Below are positions 26,940 to 36,283 of a DNA stretch of 48,883 bases, piece by piece (the stretch's first letter is position 1; each line of letters opens with the position of its first letter). The translations under genes and the position numbers were made by a program. This stretch comes from Nitrospirota bacterium. GTDB lineage: Bacteria; Nitrospirota; Thermodesulfovibrionia; Thermodesulfovibrionales; JdFR-86. The notes beneath the pieces were generated by a model. The model was not told the DNA's origin, did not search any database, and was given only the letters and a program-made list of their open reading frames with translations. The stretch spans positions 1 to 48,883 of the forward strand of contig DAOWET010000078.1 in assembly GCA_030638335.1 (NCBI GenBank). The letters run 5' to 3'.

Positions 26940-27047
26940 AAAAACAAAGTCACACTCCGTTTTTCTTCAACCCATATTGCATGAAGGTATCTCATGTCCA
27001 GTGTATTATGCCGTGAAGTTGGTGATTTGTAAAGAAAATACAATTAT
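26940..27047 (-). promoter_or_regulatory. promoter cassette copy P3 plus the leader of the TPR gene 26051..26917
   Basis: On the minus strand: GATAATTGTATTTTCTTTACA (27027-27032), 17 nt, CATAAT (27004-27009). An 80-90-nt leader follows, ending in AAGGAGGA and the ATG. Confidence 0.6.
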
Positions 27048-27130
27048 CGGGAGCGGGGAGAAATTGTTTTTTATTAGAGGAAGGCTTCTTGTTCGTATTC
27101 CAAAAAACGACTGAAGCTGGACGCTCCAGT

Positions 27131-28048
27131 CTAAACGGGGTCCGTGACCCCCGTGACCCTTTTGAAGTCTTCGTCATTGTGGAGGGATTTAAGGTCTTCG
27201 TCAGCACGGGAGGTCTGTTTATACTCAGCGTTGAGGTTTATGGCCTTTTCCAGATCAGCAAGCGCGGCATCCTTATTACCCATGAGAGCGTGCGAACACG
27301 CGCAGTTATAATACGCCTCGTGCAGGTCCGGCCTGGCCTCGATGGCCTTGTAATAGGCGGCAAGCGCATCCTCTGTGCGCCCGAGCTTTGCCAGGGCCAC
27401 GCCCTTTGAGTACCAGGATTCGAAGTCGCCGGGGGAGAGCTTCAGCATGTGCTCAAATGCCTCGATGGCCTCCTCAAAGCGCCCAAGCCCGGAGAGCGCG
27501 TAACCCTTGTTCTTCCATACATGCGGCATGCCGGACTTTAAGAACAGGGAGTTCTCGCATGCCTCCACAGCCTCCTCAAAGCGGCCAAGCTCTGAGAGCG
27601 CCACGGCCTTGAGGTTCCACGCATCGGGCAGGAACTCGTTTTCTTTTAGCGCGAGGTCGTATTCATGGAGCGCGTCCTCAAATCGCCTGGAGGCGGCGGC
27701 CTCGGAAGCAAGGGTCATGTGGCGCTCCACAACGGCGTCCTTTCCCGCCTGTTCCTCTGGAGACCCCTCCGGTCGGGTGGTCATGAGGTCGTCCTTCTTC
27801 AGAAGCGGCGAACGCATTTCTTCAAGCTCACGGCGCATGTTGTGGAGTTTCCTGAGCTCTATGAACAGGAAGACCGAGAGCGCCAGGATCGCAACGGAAA
27901 GGGCTGTCACAGCGGCGCCCAGTGTGAAGACCATCCTCTCCAGGCAGGCGACCTTTGCGGGGAGGTCAGGCACCTGTGTCCGAGCTGCGTGGGCGGGCGC
28001 GGACAGAAGAAGCATTGCAAGAGGGCTTATGAGTTTGCGCAGGTGCAT
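27131..28048 (-). CDS. membrane-anchored TPR-repeat protein
   Basis: Probable start MHLRKLISPLAMLLLSAPAHA; the ORF extends to 28120. One internal TM helix and five or more TPR units. The C-terminal ...EYKQTSRADEDLKSLHNDEDFKRV is shared with the proteins at 32574 and 33697. Confidence 0.75.
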   Translation of the reverse strand: MHLRKLISPLAMLLLSAPAHAARTQVPDLPAKVACLERMVFTLGAAVTALSVAILALSVFLFIELRKLHNMRRELEEMRSPLLKKDDLMTTRPEGSPEEQAGKDAVVERHMTLASEAAASRRFEDALHEYDLALKENEFLPDAWNLKAVALSELGRFEEAVEACENSLFLKSGMPHVWKNKGYALSGLGRFEEAIEAFEHMLKLSPGDFESWYSKGVALAKLGRTEDALAAYYKAIEARPDLHEAYYNCACSHALMGNKDAALADLEKAINLNAEYKQTSRADEDLKSLHNDEDFKRVTGVTDPV

Positions 28049-28129
28049 TCCAGATAATGATAGCACAACATGAGGTGTTATCCTGCATTGAATAGCTGCT
28101 GATATTAAGGTCAACGGCATTATTTTAAG

Positions 28130-28151
28130 GGAGGCTCAAGGATGAAAATAT
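28130..28151 (+). repeat. 22-nt direct repeat (left copy), SD+ATG-like fragment
   Basis: ggaggctcaaggatgaaaatat is identical to 30667-30688. Confidence 0.8.
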
Positions 28152-28225
28152 TATTTGAACGAATTACTCGCGAACTTTCCCTGTAGCAATTGCAAAGCTA
28201 CTGACAACGACATCCCAGGGGAGAC

Positions 28226-28253
28226 CTCATAATTCAGCAGCCGGGGCAGGTTT
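28226..28253 (+). repeat. 28-nt direct repeat (copy 1) flanking the 183-aa gene
   Basis: ctcataat-tcagc-agccggggcaggttt here versus ctcataat-gcaaa-agccggggcaggttt at 28916-28943. Confidence 0.7.
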
Positions 28254-28284
28254 CGTTTTGTGCTTCTCGCCCCATACCCCAGCA

Positions 28285-28836
28285 TCATTTACTATTACAC
28301 TTCTTTAAGACCACTGGAGCTGTATGTTTTACATTCTCATCGAACCTGGAAAAGGCTACTGAGATGTCATAATTATCAGCAAGCGCTTTCAATATGCAAT
28401 CTATATCGTTATCATTTAGAGGCTTGCCCATACCAACTGAGTATTTACTTGAAATATCGTCAATATGCTCCATCCAGAATCTATCTTTTATCTCCCTCAG
28501 GTAAATATATTCTGACTTGTAATACAGGTACATCAATACAAAATCGTAAAACTTAACCTGGTCGTCAGAGACTGGCATTGAAAACATGTCACATGTGTTG
28601 TCAGGACAGTATGAGAGTTCAATAAGTGCATGGTGTTCAACATTTATAGGCATATCGCATGCATCAAAGTCACAGTGTTCGTTCTTATAAGAAATATTGA
28701 GTAGCAGATGTTTTGCATTTATCATATCCTTGGCTTTTACCGACCCGGATGAGAGAACAATTAAGCAAAATATAACTGTAAGGGTTGCCAGGAGAAAGAC
28801 ATCTTTTGCTTGAGGCTTATAATACTTCACAAACAT
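28285..28836 (-). CDS. hypothetical secreted/membrane-anchored protein (183 aa)
   Basis: N-terminal hydrophobic segment LLATLTVIFCLIVLSSGSVKA. Cys/Asp-rich and low-GC. I did not recognise a family. Confidence 0.55.
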   Translation of the reverse strand: MFVKYYKPQAKDVFLLATLTVIFCLIVLSSGSVKAKDMINAKHLLLNISYKNEHCDFDACDMPINVEHHALIELSYCPDNTCDMFSMPVSDDQVKFYDFVLMYLYYKSEYIYLREIKDRFWMEHIDDISSKYSVGMGKPLNDNDIDCILKALADNYDISVAFSRFDENVKHTAPVVLKKCNSK

Positions 28837-28915
28837 AAAACCATTCTACCACGCCCGAATTTATTTTTGCGAAATAGTCAAATATAAGTTTATGAAAAGG
28901 GAGGGTTATCCAGCT

Positions 28916-28943
28916 CTCATAATGCAAAAGCCGGGGCAGGTTT
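28916..28943 (+). repeat. 28-nt direct repeat (copy 2)
   Basis: See 28226-28253. It lies about 80 nt upstream of the minus-strand gene start at 28836. Confidence 0.7.
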
Positions 28944-29066
28944 TAATAAGGTATCTGTTGTCTCTATTTATCAGTCTCTCCTGAGGACGATTTCCGTGTT
29001 GCGGGCCATGGGGCACGGGTGCTGACGTATCGGCTGAAGTGTGGTATTGTTTAAATAACCAGACTG

Positions 29067-30470
29067 GTGCAGGGGCAAGCTATGGTTTTTCAGAGGGTTG
29101 AGAGCATCAATGACATCAAGCTGGTGCACTTTGTGGCTGTCGGTGGGCGTGATGAACCTGCATTTGATGACTTTATTGCACGGTTCCATCTGACCGCGGT
29201 TATCTACCACACCAGCGATGAGGCGGTGCAACAGGCCGCTGTCGATCATCCTGACATCATCTTTATCGGACCCTTTTCTTCGGATGTTTCAAAGGACAAG
29301 TGCGCGCTGTGCCAAAGGCTTCGCGATGCGGGACACCTCGGGGTCATCATCCTGCTCACCAATGATATCATCAGCTTTGGCGGCACCGGCGGGGTGACCG
29401 CCGCAGGGTTCGACCATTACCTGCAGGACGCCCACCTCGATTTCCAGATAGAGGACTCCATCAACTGGGCCCTATTGAACCGCAGGCGCAAAAACAAATA
29501 CCAGATACAGTTCGACCGCAATCCCGACGCGTTCTTTACACTCAACCCCGACGGCAGGGTCTTCGACATCAACCAGTGGGGGTCCATGGGCTCCGGGCTC
29601 ACGCCAAGGAAGATCGTCGTTGGGGCCATAAACATCCGCGACCTCGGCACCCTGAACTGCTTTGACGAGATCATAAGGCCCGTAATCACCGAGGCAAACG
29701 TTGGCAACACACATCTGCACACTTACAATGAAGGCGTGCGCATATTCCAGATCAAGACGAATGTGCACAATGTCCCGATGATCGGCCTGGTGGCCACGGT
29801 GATCAAGACGGACATCACAGAGACCATGTATGAGCGTTCGATGGATATCCTGCTGCATTCGGTCACGCTGCTGTCGGAGCGCGACCACTACACTGCCGGG
29901 CACTCGTCGCGTGTTTTTCACTATTGCAAATTGATCGTAGAGACTATGGACATCTCCGGTGACAAGGAATTCCTGCGCGACCTGTACTTTGCGGCTCTTC
30001 TGCATGACATAGGAAAGATAGGCGTGCGCGATGACATACTGCTGAAGGAGGGGGACCTGACCGATGATGAGTTCAGCATACTGGCTACGCATCCTGAGAA
30101 GGGTTATAAGGTTTTGAACAACTACGAATTCCTCCAGGGCTCTACCCAGCTGGTGCTGTATCACCACGTGCGTCCCGACGGCATGGGCTACCCGCAAAAG
30201 CTCGATAGCGGCCACATCCCGCTTGGGGCCTCCATCATTTCGGTGGCTGACGGCTTTGACGCCATGACCACGAACCGCCCTTATCGCAGTTCATTGAGCT
30301 TCAGGAAGGCAGTGGGCGAGATATCTGAAAATATGGGCACTCAGTACGAAAAGGAGGTGGCCAGGGCCTTTCTCTCGCGCATAAGGGAATCATCGCTCAT
30401 GGAGGTTAAGGCCAAGTCCTCACTGCCCTTGGCAGAACTGTCGCGTGAGCTGATAGAGACACTGCTGTAG
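29067..30470 (+). CDS. HD-GYP domain c-di-GMP phosphodiesterase with N-terminal sensory region
   Basis: HSSRV...LHDIGKIGVRDDILLK...HHVRPDGMGYP...DAMT..RPYR carries the HD and GYP motifs. The start may be the ATG at 29082. Confidence 0.88.
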   Translation: MQGQAMVFQRVESINDIKLVHFVAVGGRDEPAFDDFIARFHLTAVIYHTSDEAVQQAAVDHPDIIFIGPFSSDVSKDKCALCQRLRDAGHLGVIILLTNDIISFGGTGGVTAAGFDHYLQDAHLDFQIEDSINWALLNRRRKNKYQIQFDRNPDAFFTLNPDGRVFDINQWGSMGSGLTPRKIVVGAINIRDLGTLNCFDEIIRPVITEANVGNTHLHTYNEGVRIFQIKTNVHNVPMIGLVATVIKTDITETMYERSMDILLHSVTLLSERDHYTAGHSSRVFHYCKLIVETMDISGDKEFLRDLYFAALLHDIGKIGVRDDILLKEGDLTDDEFSILATHPEKGYKVLNNYEFLQGSTQLVLYHHVRPDGMGYPQKLDSGHIPLGASIISVADGFDAMTTNRPYRSSLSFRKAVGEISENMGTQYEKEVARAFLSRIRESSLMEVKAKSSLPLAELSRELIETLL

Positions 30471-30666
30471 GTTAGCGCCACCCCTTCAGTTCGGCCAGTA
30501 TTTCCTTCAATGAATCCTCCGCATCCCGTACCCGGTCGGATAAGAATTATATGGTTCGACCGGTCGATCATTAAAATATTTATTCGACCGGATTCCCCGG
30601 TCAGGCGGGTGGGCGAAGGTCTGTAGGAAATGAATTCAAGGATATTGGGTTTTAAAGCGGAACAGG

Positions 30667-30688
30667 GGAGGCTCAAGGATGAAAATAT
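30667..30688 (+). repeat. 22-nt direct repeat (right copy)
   Basis: ggaggctcaaggatgaaaatat is identical to 28130-28151. Confidence 0.8.
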
Positions 30689-30719
30689 AATAATAATATG
30701 AATTAATGGAGGATTCGCT

Positions 30720-30878
30720 ATGACAAACGGCAGCCATAGAGGGGCAGAGAACATATCTAATAAAAGCATATTTATCAGTGGGTTATATAATGGCGCGCCC
30801 TATGTTTCCATGCATGGGGGATTCCCCGGTCATTTTCTCCGGGCTGAGAATACAATGAAAAGGAAGCTCATCCTGTGA
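30720..30878 (+). CDS. possible small ORF (52 aa)
   Basis: Hand-read. GGAGG lies 7 nt upstream of the ATG. MTNGSHRGAENISNKSIFISGLYNGAPYVSMHGGFPGHFLRAENTMKRKLIL. No recognisable family, and it may be non-coding. Confidence 0.2.
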   Translation: MTNGSHRGAENISNKSIFISGLYNGAPYVSMHGGFPGHFLRAENTMKRKLIL

Positions 30879-30971
30879 CTACAACCTGGATGATAAATAG
30901 ATTTGATATTTGATTATATAGTGATATAATTAGGTCTGGGAAGGACGGTTGCAAACCACTCTGAGAGGGGT

Positions 30972-32087
30972 ATGCTGATGAAGGTTCTCCTTGTGGATGA
31001 CTCAAAGACTGTGCTCAACTTTTTTGCCGGCCTGCTGAATGCAATGGGGCACGAGGGCACGACATTTGAGGATGCCGAAAGCGCCTTGGAGTCATGCAGG
31101 AGCGTGCAATACGATCTTGCCCTTCTGGACTGGCTGCTGCCCGGGATGAGCGGCATTGACCTCTGCCAGCATATACGCTCATTGCCCTGGGGCAACCAGT
31201 GCGTGATACTCATGATAACCTCCAGGAACAGAACCGGAGACCTTAACGAAGTTCTTAACGCCGGTGCTGACGATTACATCGTAAAACCCGTGAAAGAAGA
31301 CCTGTTCATGACCCGCCTCAGGATTGCCGAGAGGGTACTGAGGAGGAAGCGCGAGATACTGGAGGCCAACCAGGCGCTTAAAATGGCAAAGGAGCAGTTG
31401 GAGGAGAGGGTGCGTGAGCGCACGCATGAGCTGGAGAAAGCAAACGAACTCCTCACAGACTCACTCCAGGAAAAACATGTCCTCCTTGAGGAGGTCCACC
31501 ATAGGGTATATAACAACATGGCCATCATATCCTCCTTCCTGGAACTAAAGTCAATTCTCCTGGACGACGGCAGAACAAGCCAGATACTCAAGGAGTGCAG
31601 ACAGCGCATTAAATCCATGGCGCTCGTACATGAAAAGCTCTACCAGAGCAAGGACTTCAAACATATTGACGTGGATGAGTACATCGGCAAACTGTTGGAT
31701 GATTCTCTGCAAGCCTATTGGCAAGGGGAAGCCCGGGTCAAAGTGGTAAGGGAAGTAGGGGACATCTCCCTGAACATAGACAAGCTGGTCCCCTTGGGGT
31801 TGATCGTGAACGAGGCGTTCAGTAACTCGCTGTTACACGCCTTCGAAGGCATGGACAGCCCGGAGATCGAGATCAGCCTTGCCGCGGAGGACCAGGGCCG
31901 GCTCCTCCTGGTAATCTCGGATAACGGCAAAGGGCTCCCTGAGGATGCGCACCATGACAGGGAGAAGACGCTTGGATTGCGGATAATCGATGTGCTGGTA
32001 GGTCAGATCGACGGGAATATGAAGGTCGACCACAATGGCGGGACCCGCTATAGCATTTCCTTTCCCGGAGAAGTGGAGTATGCGTGA
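30972..32087 (+). CDS. hybrid response regulator receiver / HisKA_2 histidine kinase
   Basis: REC region (KVLLVDDS...LLDWLLPGMSG...KP), a coiled-coil linker, H-box HHRVYNNMAIISSFL, and HATPase_c (NEAFSNSLLHAF...DNGKGLP...GLRI). Confidence 0.88.
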   Translation: MLMKVLLVDDSKTVLNFFAGLLNAMGHEGTTFEDAESALESCRSVQYDLALLDWLLPGMSGIDLCQHIRSLPWGNQCVILMITSRNRTGDLNEVLNAGADDYIVKPVKEDLFMTRLRIAERVLRRKREILEANQALKMAKEQLEERVRERTHELEKANELLTDSLQEKHVLLEEVHHRVYNNMAIISSFLELKSILLDDGRTSQILKECRQRIKSMALVHEKLYQSKDFKHIDVDEYIGKLLDDSLQAYWQGEARVKVVREVGDISLNIDKLVPLGLIVNEAFSNSLLHAFEGMDSPEIEISLAAEDQGRLLLVISDNGKGLPEDAHHDREKTLGLRIIDVLVGQIDGNMKVDHNGGTRYSISFPGEVEYA

Positions 32088-32449
32088 AGATCAAGGTGCT
32101 GATAGTCGAGGACGAGGCAATCCTGGCATTGACATACCGCATGGGGTTAGACCCGGAGAGTTTTGTGGTTACCGGCATTGCCGACACTGGTGAGGGCGCC
32201 ATTGAGAAGGCTGCCGCCGACAGGCCGGACATCGTGCTCATGGATATCAAGTTAAAAGGGGCGATAGACGGAATTGCCGCGGCCGAGGCAATAATGGAGG
32301 ACTACGGAACACCAGTGATATACATTACCGGCAATGTGGACAAGCAGACCAGGGAGCGTGCCTATGGTTCCCACCCCCTTGCCTACCTTGAGAAGCCCGT
32401 GGATGTGGAAGATATATCCGGGGTTATAAAACAGGTGATGGTGGCATAG
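32084..32449 (+). CDS. single-domain response regulator
   Basis: GTG start overlapping the upstream stop by 4 nt. VLIVEDE...VLMDIKLKG...TG...KP receiver motifs. Confidence 0.85.
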   Translation: MKIKVLIVEDEAILALTYRMGLDPESFVVTGIADTGEGAIEKAAADRPDIVLMDIKLKGAIDGIAAAEAIMEDYGTPVIYITGNVDKQTRERAYGSHPLAYLEKPVDVEDISGVIKQVMVA

Positions 32450-32573
32450 CCTGTTTTCAAGAAATAAGAATTAGGCGACCTTCGAAACCGGATATGCCGC
32501 ATCTCTACGTTAGACGCGTGGACGAGCCTATGCAGAGAGATTGTACAAAGTCATAAGGGATTCAACATCAGGA

Positions 32574-33689
32574 TTACTGCGTCAAACTGATGAAGTCGGG
32601 GTCATCCCAGAGGGACTTGAAGTCCTCATCCTCACGAGCCTCTTTTTTGAATTTTCCGTCAAGCTCAATTGCTTTAGCAAGGTCTTTCAGTGCAAGTTCC
32701 TTATTCTCAATAAGGGCATAAGTGCATGCTCGCATGAAGTATGCAAGCACATCTCCGGGATTTATCTCAAGAGCCTTGTTTAATGCTTCAAAGGATAACT
32801 TATTTAATTCCTCAATCTCTTTGCTTATGTCAGAAACCAAATCTTTTAGGTAGCCCTTTTCTTCCATTATATTTCTCAATTGTTTAAGTTTCGAGACTGT
32901 CACACCTTCTCTTTCCATCCGGAGCACCAAAATAAGCTCTTCAGGCAATTGCTCACTTAAAATAATCTGCTCTCCTTCTGCTGGTCGTATGGAAGCAATA
33001 ATACTTTTCGCTAACGATTCATTCTCATCATTTCCAGTGCCATGTAATCTTATGTCAACAGAACAATCTCCTAACAAGAAACTCGCACTTGCAAAGAATG
33101 CTTTTTCATCTTGCCCTGAGTTATCCAATAGGAATCCTTCAAGGTAAGGGGTCTGCAATTCAAAGGATTTGAAGTGCATAGGTGAATACATGGACTTTAA
33201 AACCAACTGTTGAGAAAGAACATAATTGCATGGCAGGTTCCAGAAGCTATAATCATTGGGCTTTGCATACTGAATATTTCTTTGTGCTTCATATCCAGAG
33301 GAATCATTATAACCACATTTCTTATCAACTAAGCTTCCTTCGCATACTCTTATCTCTCTTTCAAATGAGATACTAAATATATTTCCTTCAAAAAAGTAAT
33401 GTACATCAACCATCCAGATCTTGTGATCCCAGAACGAAACCCATACTTCATCAATATCATCCTTATGCGGCAGGTTCATTCGAAGCCCCATTAATTCAAT
33501 AGGAATGCCCTCCGCTTGAGGGACATCCAGCACCATGGATTCAGGAGTGCTGTTCATATACTTCTCATTATCGGGGTTGATAAATGTTTTAACAATGTAC
33601 ATATACATTGCTCCATTGGCACCAAACCAGAGGACTAGAAGAACAATACCTGTTATTAATAGTATTTTTTTATAGTTACGCTTTTTCAT
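32574..33689 (-). CDS. membrane-anchored protein with an unknown domain and a C-terminal TPR end-module
   Basis: N-terminal TM ILLITGIVLLVLWFGANGAMYMYIV. The C-terminal ...ACTYALIENKELALKDLAKAIELDGKFKKEAREDEDFKSLWDDPDFISLTQ is shared with its neighbour. Confidence 0.7.
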   Translation of the reverse strand: MKKRNYKKILLITGIVLLVLWFGANGAMYMYIVKTFINPDNEKYMNSTPESMVLDVPQAEGIPIELMGLRMNLPHKDDIDEVWVSFWDHKIWMVDVHYFFEGNIFSISFEREIRVCEGSLVDKKCGYNDSSGYEAQRNIQYAKPNDYSFWNLPCNYVLSQQLVLKSMYSPMHFKSFELQTPYLEGFLLDNSGQDEKAFFASASFLLGDCSVDIRLHGTGNDENESLAKSIIASIRPAEGEQIILSEQLPEELILVLRMEREGVTVSKLKQLRNIMEEKGYLKDLVSDISKEIEELNKLSFEALNKALEINPGDVLAYFMRACTYALIENKELALKDLAKAIELDGKFKKEAREDEDFKSLWDDPDFISLTQ

Positions 33690-33696
33690 TTATTGC

Positions 33697-34821
33697 TTAC
33701 TCAGCCGTCAAACTGATGAAGTCGGGGTCATCCCAGAGGGACTTAAAGTCCTCGTCCTTAGGAGCAGATTGCTTGTAAACATTTTGATGTTTAATAGCTT
33801 CCTTAAGTTCCTTAAGAGCTTCAGCTTTATTATTTCTTAATGCATACGCCATAGCACGGGAATAGTTTGCTGAACCAGGGAAAAACTCAGGACTGTTATT
33901 AATAATCCAATCAAGGTCTGCATATGCCTTTTCTTTTTCCCCTTTAAGGAGAAATGCTTTACTTCTACTCTGGTATGCCAGCAAGTTCTCTGCGTGGAGC
34001 TTCATGGCCTGGTTAAAATCATCAATAGCCCTATCATAATCACCCTTAGCTGAATATACATCTCCACGGTTTACATAATACATACTTTGCTCAGGTCGCA
34101 TCTCTATCACCTTGGTAAGATCTTCTATGGCAGAATCATAATATTCACCAGCAGCATATACTAAGCCACGATAATGATAAACCCCTATAGATTTGCCGCC
34201 CAATGCAATCGCTTTGCTAAAAACATCAATTATTTCATCAAGATCTTCCTTTTCTAAATCTTCATTATTCATAAGTATTGAACCGCGATAAAAATAGGCC
34301 TCATAATTATCCGTACCCATCTCAATTGCCTTATTAAAATCCTCTAGGGCACTCTCATATTCATATTCTCGATCATATACTTTACCCCTCTTCACATAGA
34401 ACTCAGCGTTGTCAGGTTCCGACTCGATCAGCTTTGTATAGTATGGAATAATGAGTTCTTTGTATTTTTCAAAATCGTTTTCAGCCTTTGAACGTTCATC
34501 ATTTTGGCGATAAGCACCGCTGCGTTCACAGTAGTATTTTGGATTATCCGGTTCAAGTTTAATTGCTTTTGAGAAATCCTCTATAGCTTTTTCAAAGTCC
34601 TTTATTCTTTTATATGTTCTTCCTCGTTCAGAATATAATTTTGCGTTGTCAGGATCAGACTTGATCTTGTCTGATAAATCTTTTATCGCATTTTCACAAT
34701 CATTGCCAGGGCATGGTTCACTGCAACAACTGCCATCTGAAACTTCAGCATCTTCAGCAAACGAAAACCCGCCCAAGGCAAGCAAAATAACAAATAACCC
34801 TATGGCAACCTTAATGCGCAT
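33697..34821 (-). CDS. secreted TPR-repeat protein
   Basis: Signal peptide MRIKVAIGLFVILLALGGFSFA, eight or more TPR units, and the C-terminal ...KDEDFKSLWDDPDFISLTAE. Confidence 0.85.
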   Translation of the reverse strand: MRIKVAIGLFVILLALGGFSFAEDAEVSDGSCCSEPCPGNDCENAIKDLSDKIKSDPDNAKLYSERGRTYKRIKDFEKAIEDFSKAIKLEPDNPKYYCERSGAYRQNDERSKAENDFEKYKELIIPYYTKLIESEPDNAEFYVKRGKVYDREYEYESALEDFNKAIEMGTDNYEAYFYRGSILMNNEDLEKEDLDEIIDVFSKAIALGGKSIGVYHYRGLVYAAGEYYDSAIEDLTKVIEMRPEQSMYYVNRGDVYSAKGDYDRAIDDFNQAMKLHAENLLAYQSRSKAFLLKGEKEKAYADLDWIINNSPEFFPGSANYSRAMAYALRNNKAEALKELKEAIKHQNVYKQSAPKDEDFKSLWDDPDFISLTAE

Positions 34822-34962
34822 AACAGGAACATATTAACACATGAAAAATATTTCTTAGCTGAAAGTATTAACCAGGATTAGTAAAAAACGTCTTTTCTTA
34901 GAGGAAGGTTCTTTTTGTTTTTATGGGGTTGGGAGCCAAATATTAACTTCGGTTTGTGACAC

Positions 34963-34991
34963 ATTTTACCTGACACGTGTCATATGGACAA
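34963..34991 (-). promoter_or_regulatory. candidate sigma70 promoter with a perfect 12-nt palindrome in the spacer
   Basis: On the minus strand: TTGTCC (34986-34991), a 17-nt spacer containing TGACACGTGTCA (34971-34982), then TAAAAT (34963-34968). It is upstream of the TPR gene 33697..34821. Confidence 0.4.
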
Positions 34992-35228
34992 TGTCAGTAT
35001 AAAGGTGATATGGTTTGCCTGTGAGTATGCATTCAAGCATAGGGGAATCCCTCCAAAACATTCCCCTATGCGGCCCTTCAACCATACTGAACAAAATGAA
35101 CACCTGCAAGGGGCGATTTTTGGAGCAACTTCGAACACTTGCGGAAAAAATCGGCCCGGGGACTGAACACCCTATAAAAACAAAGGAACAGGCAGGAGAC
35201 GGACTATGGACATGGATATGTCTTCTGG

Positions 35229-35248
35229 ATTCCCGCCTGCGCGGGAAT
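35229..35248. repeat. REP-like hairpin ATTCCCGC-CTGC-GCGGGAAT
   Basis: Perfect 8-bp stem. The GGAATCCCGCCTGCGCGGGAATGAC-type palindrome is a widespread proteobacterial extragenic repeat motif. It lies 66 nt downstream of the oppF-like stop. Confidence 0.55.
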
Positions 35249-35314
35249 GACGTACAGGGAACCAGAAGTCCTCGGTCAGGCGGGCGAATCACGGTTTTTA
35301 TTATCAGGAAGGTT

Positions 35315-36283
35315 TTAGTACGCGTTGTGCAGGTGGCAGGCCACGGCGCGGGGAGCATCCCCACGAAGCTCCGGCGTGATACGCGAGCACGGCTCGAACA
35401 CCTTCGGACACCGAGGATGGAACGGACACCCACTAGGCATGTCCAGAGGGCTTGGCACCTCGCCCTGAAGCGGTGGCTCCTTCTTGCGCCCAGGCACCAG
35501 CTCAGGCGCGGCAGCAAGCAGAACCTCTGTGTAGGGGTGCAGGGGAGAGTCGAAGAGTTCCACTGCCGGGGCGCGCTCGACGATCTTGCCCAGATACATC
35601 ACACCCACGAAGTCACTGAGATAGCGCACCACTCTGAGGTCATGGCTTATGAACACGAAGGCAAGCCCTGTGGTCTCCTTAAGCTCTATGAGCAGGTTAA
35701 GGATCTGTGCCTGTATGGATACGTCCAGCGAGGAGAGCGGCTCGTCCGCCACTATCACCTCGGGAGATACAGCCAGGGCGCGGGCTATGCATATCCTCTG
35801 GCGCTGGCCGCCGGAGAACTCATGCGGGTAGCGGTCCATCACGTCCACCATGCCCACGGTCTTCAGGAGATCCCTCACGCGGTCGGGGAACGCAGATTTG
35901 TCCGCAAGCCCGTGTATCTTCATTGGCTCACTCAGTGTCTCGTATACCGTGCGCCTTGGATTGAGCGAGGCGAAGGGGTCCTGGAATATTATCTGTACGG
36001 ACCGGCGGAAGGCCTTCAGGTCATCGCCCTTGAGCGCGAACACATCAGAGCCCTTGTGGAGCACCTGGCCGCCGGTGGGGTTTGTGAGCCTCAGCAGGAG
36101 GCGGGCCACAGTGGACTTGCCGCACCCCGACTCGCCCACGAGCGAGAACACATGGTTTGCAGCCACCTTGAAGTCCACCCCGTCCACCGCGCGGAGAGCG
36201 GCATGGCCGCCGAAGACCCCCCTGCTTACGGAGTAGGTCTTTTGGAGGCCACGGGCCTCCATGATATGTCCGTTAGAGTTCAT
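35315..36283 (-). CDS. oligopeptide/dipeptide ABC transporter ATP-binding protein (OppF/DppF-type)
   Basis: Walker A GESGCGKST, signature FSGGQRQRICIARAL, and a C-terminal oligo_HPY region (HPYT...CPFHPRC). Confidence 0.92.
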   Translation of the reverse strand: MNSNGHIMEARGLQKTYSVSRGVFGGHAALRAVDGVDFKVAANHVFSLVGESGCGKSTVARLLLRLTNPTGGQVLHKGSDVFALKGDDLKAFRRSVQIIFQDPFASLNPRRTVYETLSEPMKIHGLADKSAFPDRVRDLLKTVGMVDVMDRYPHEFSGGQRQRICIARALAVSPEVIVADEPLSSLDVSIQAQILNLLIELKETTGLAFVFISHDLRVVRYLSDFVGVMYLGKIVERAPAVELFDSPLHPYTEVLLAAAPELVPGRKKEPPLQGEVPSPLDMPSGCPFHPRCPKVFEPCSRITPELRGDAPRAVACHLHNAY

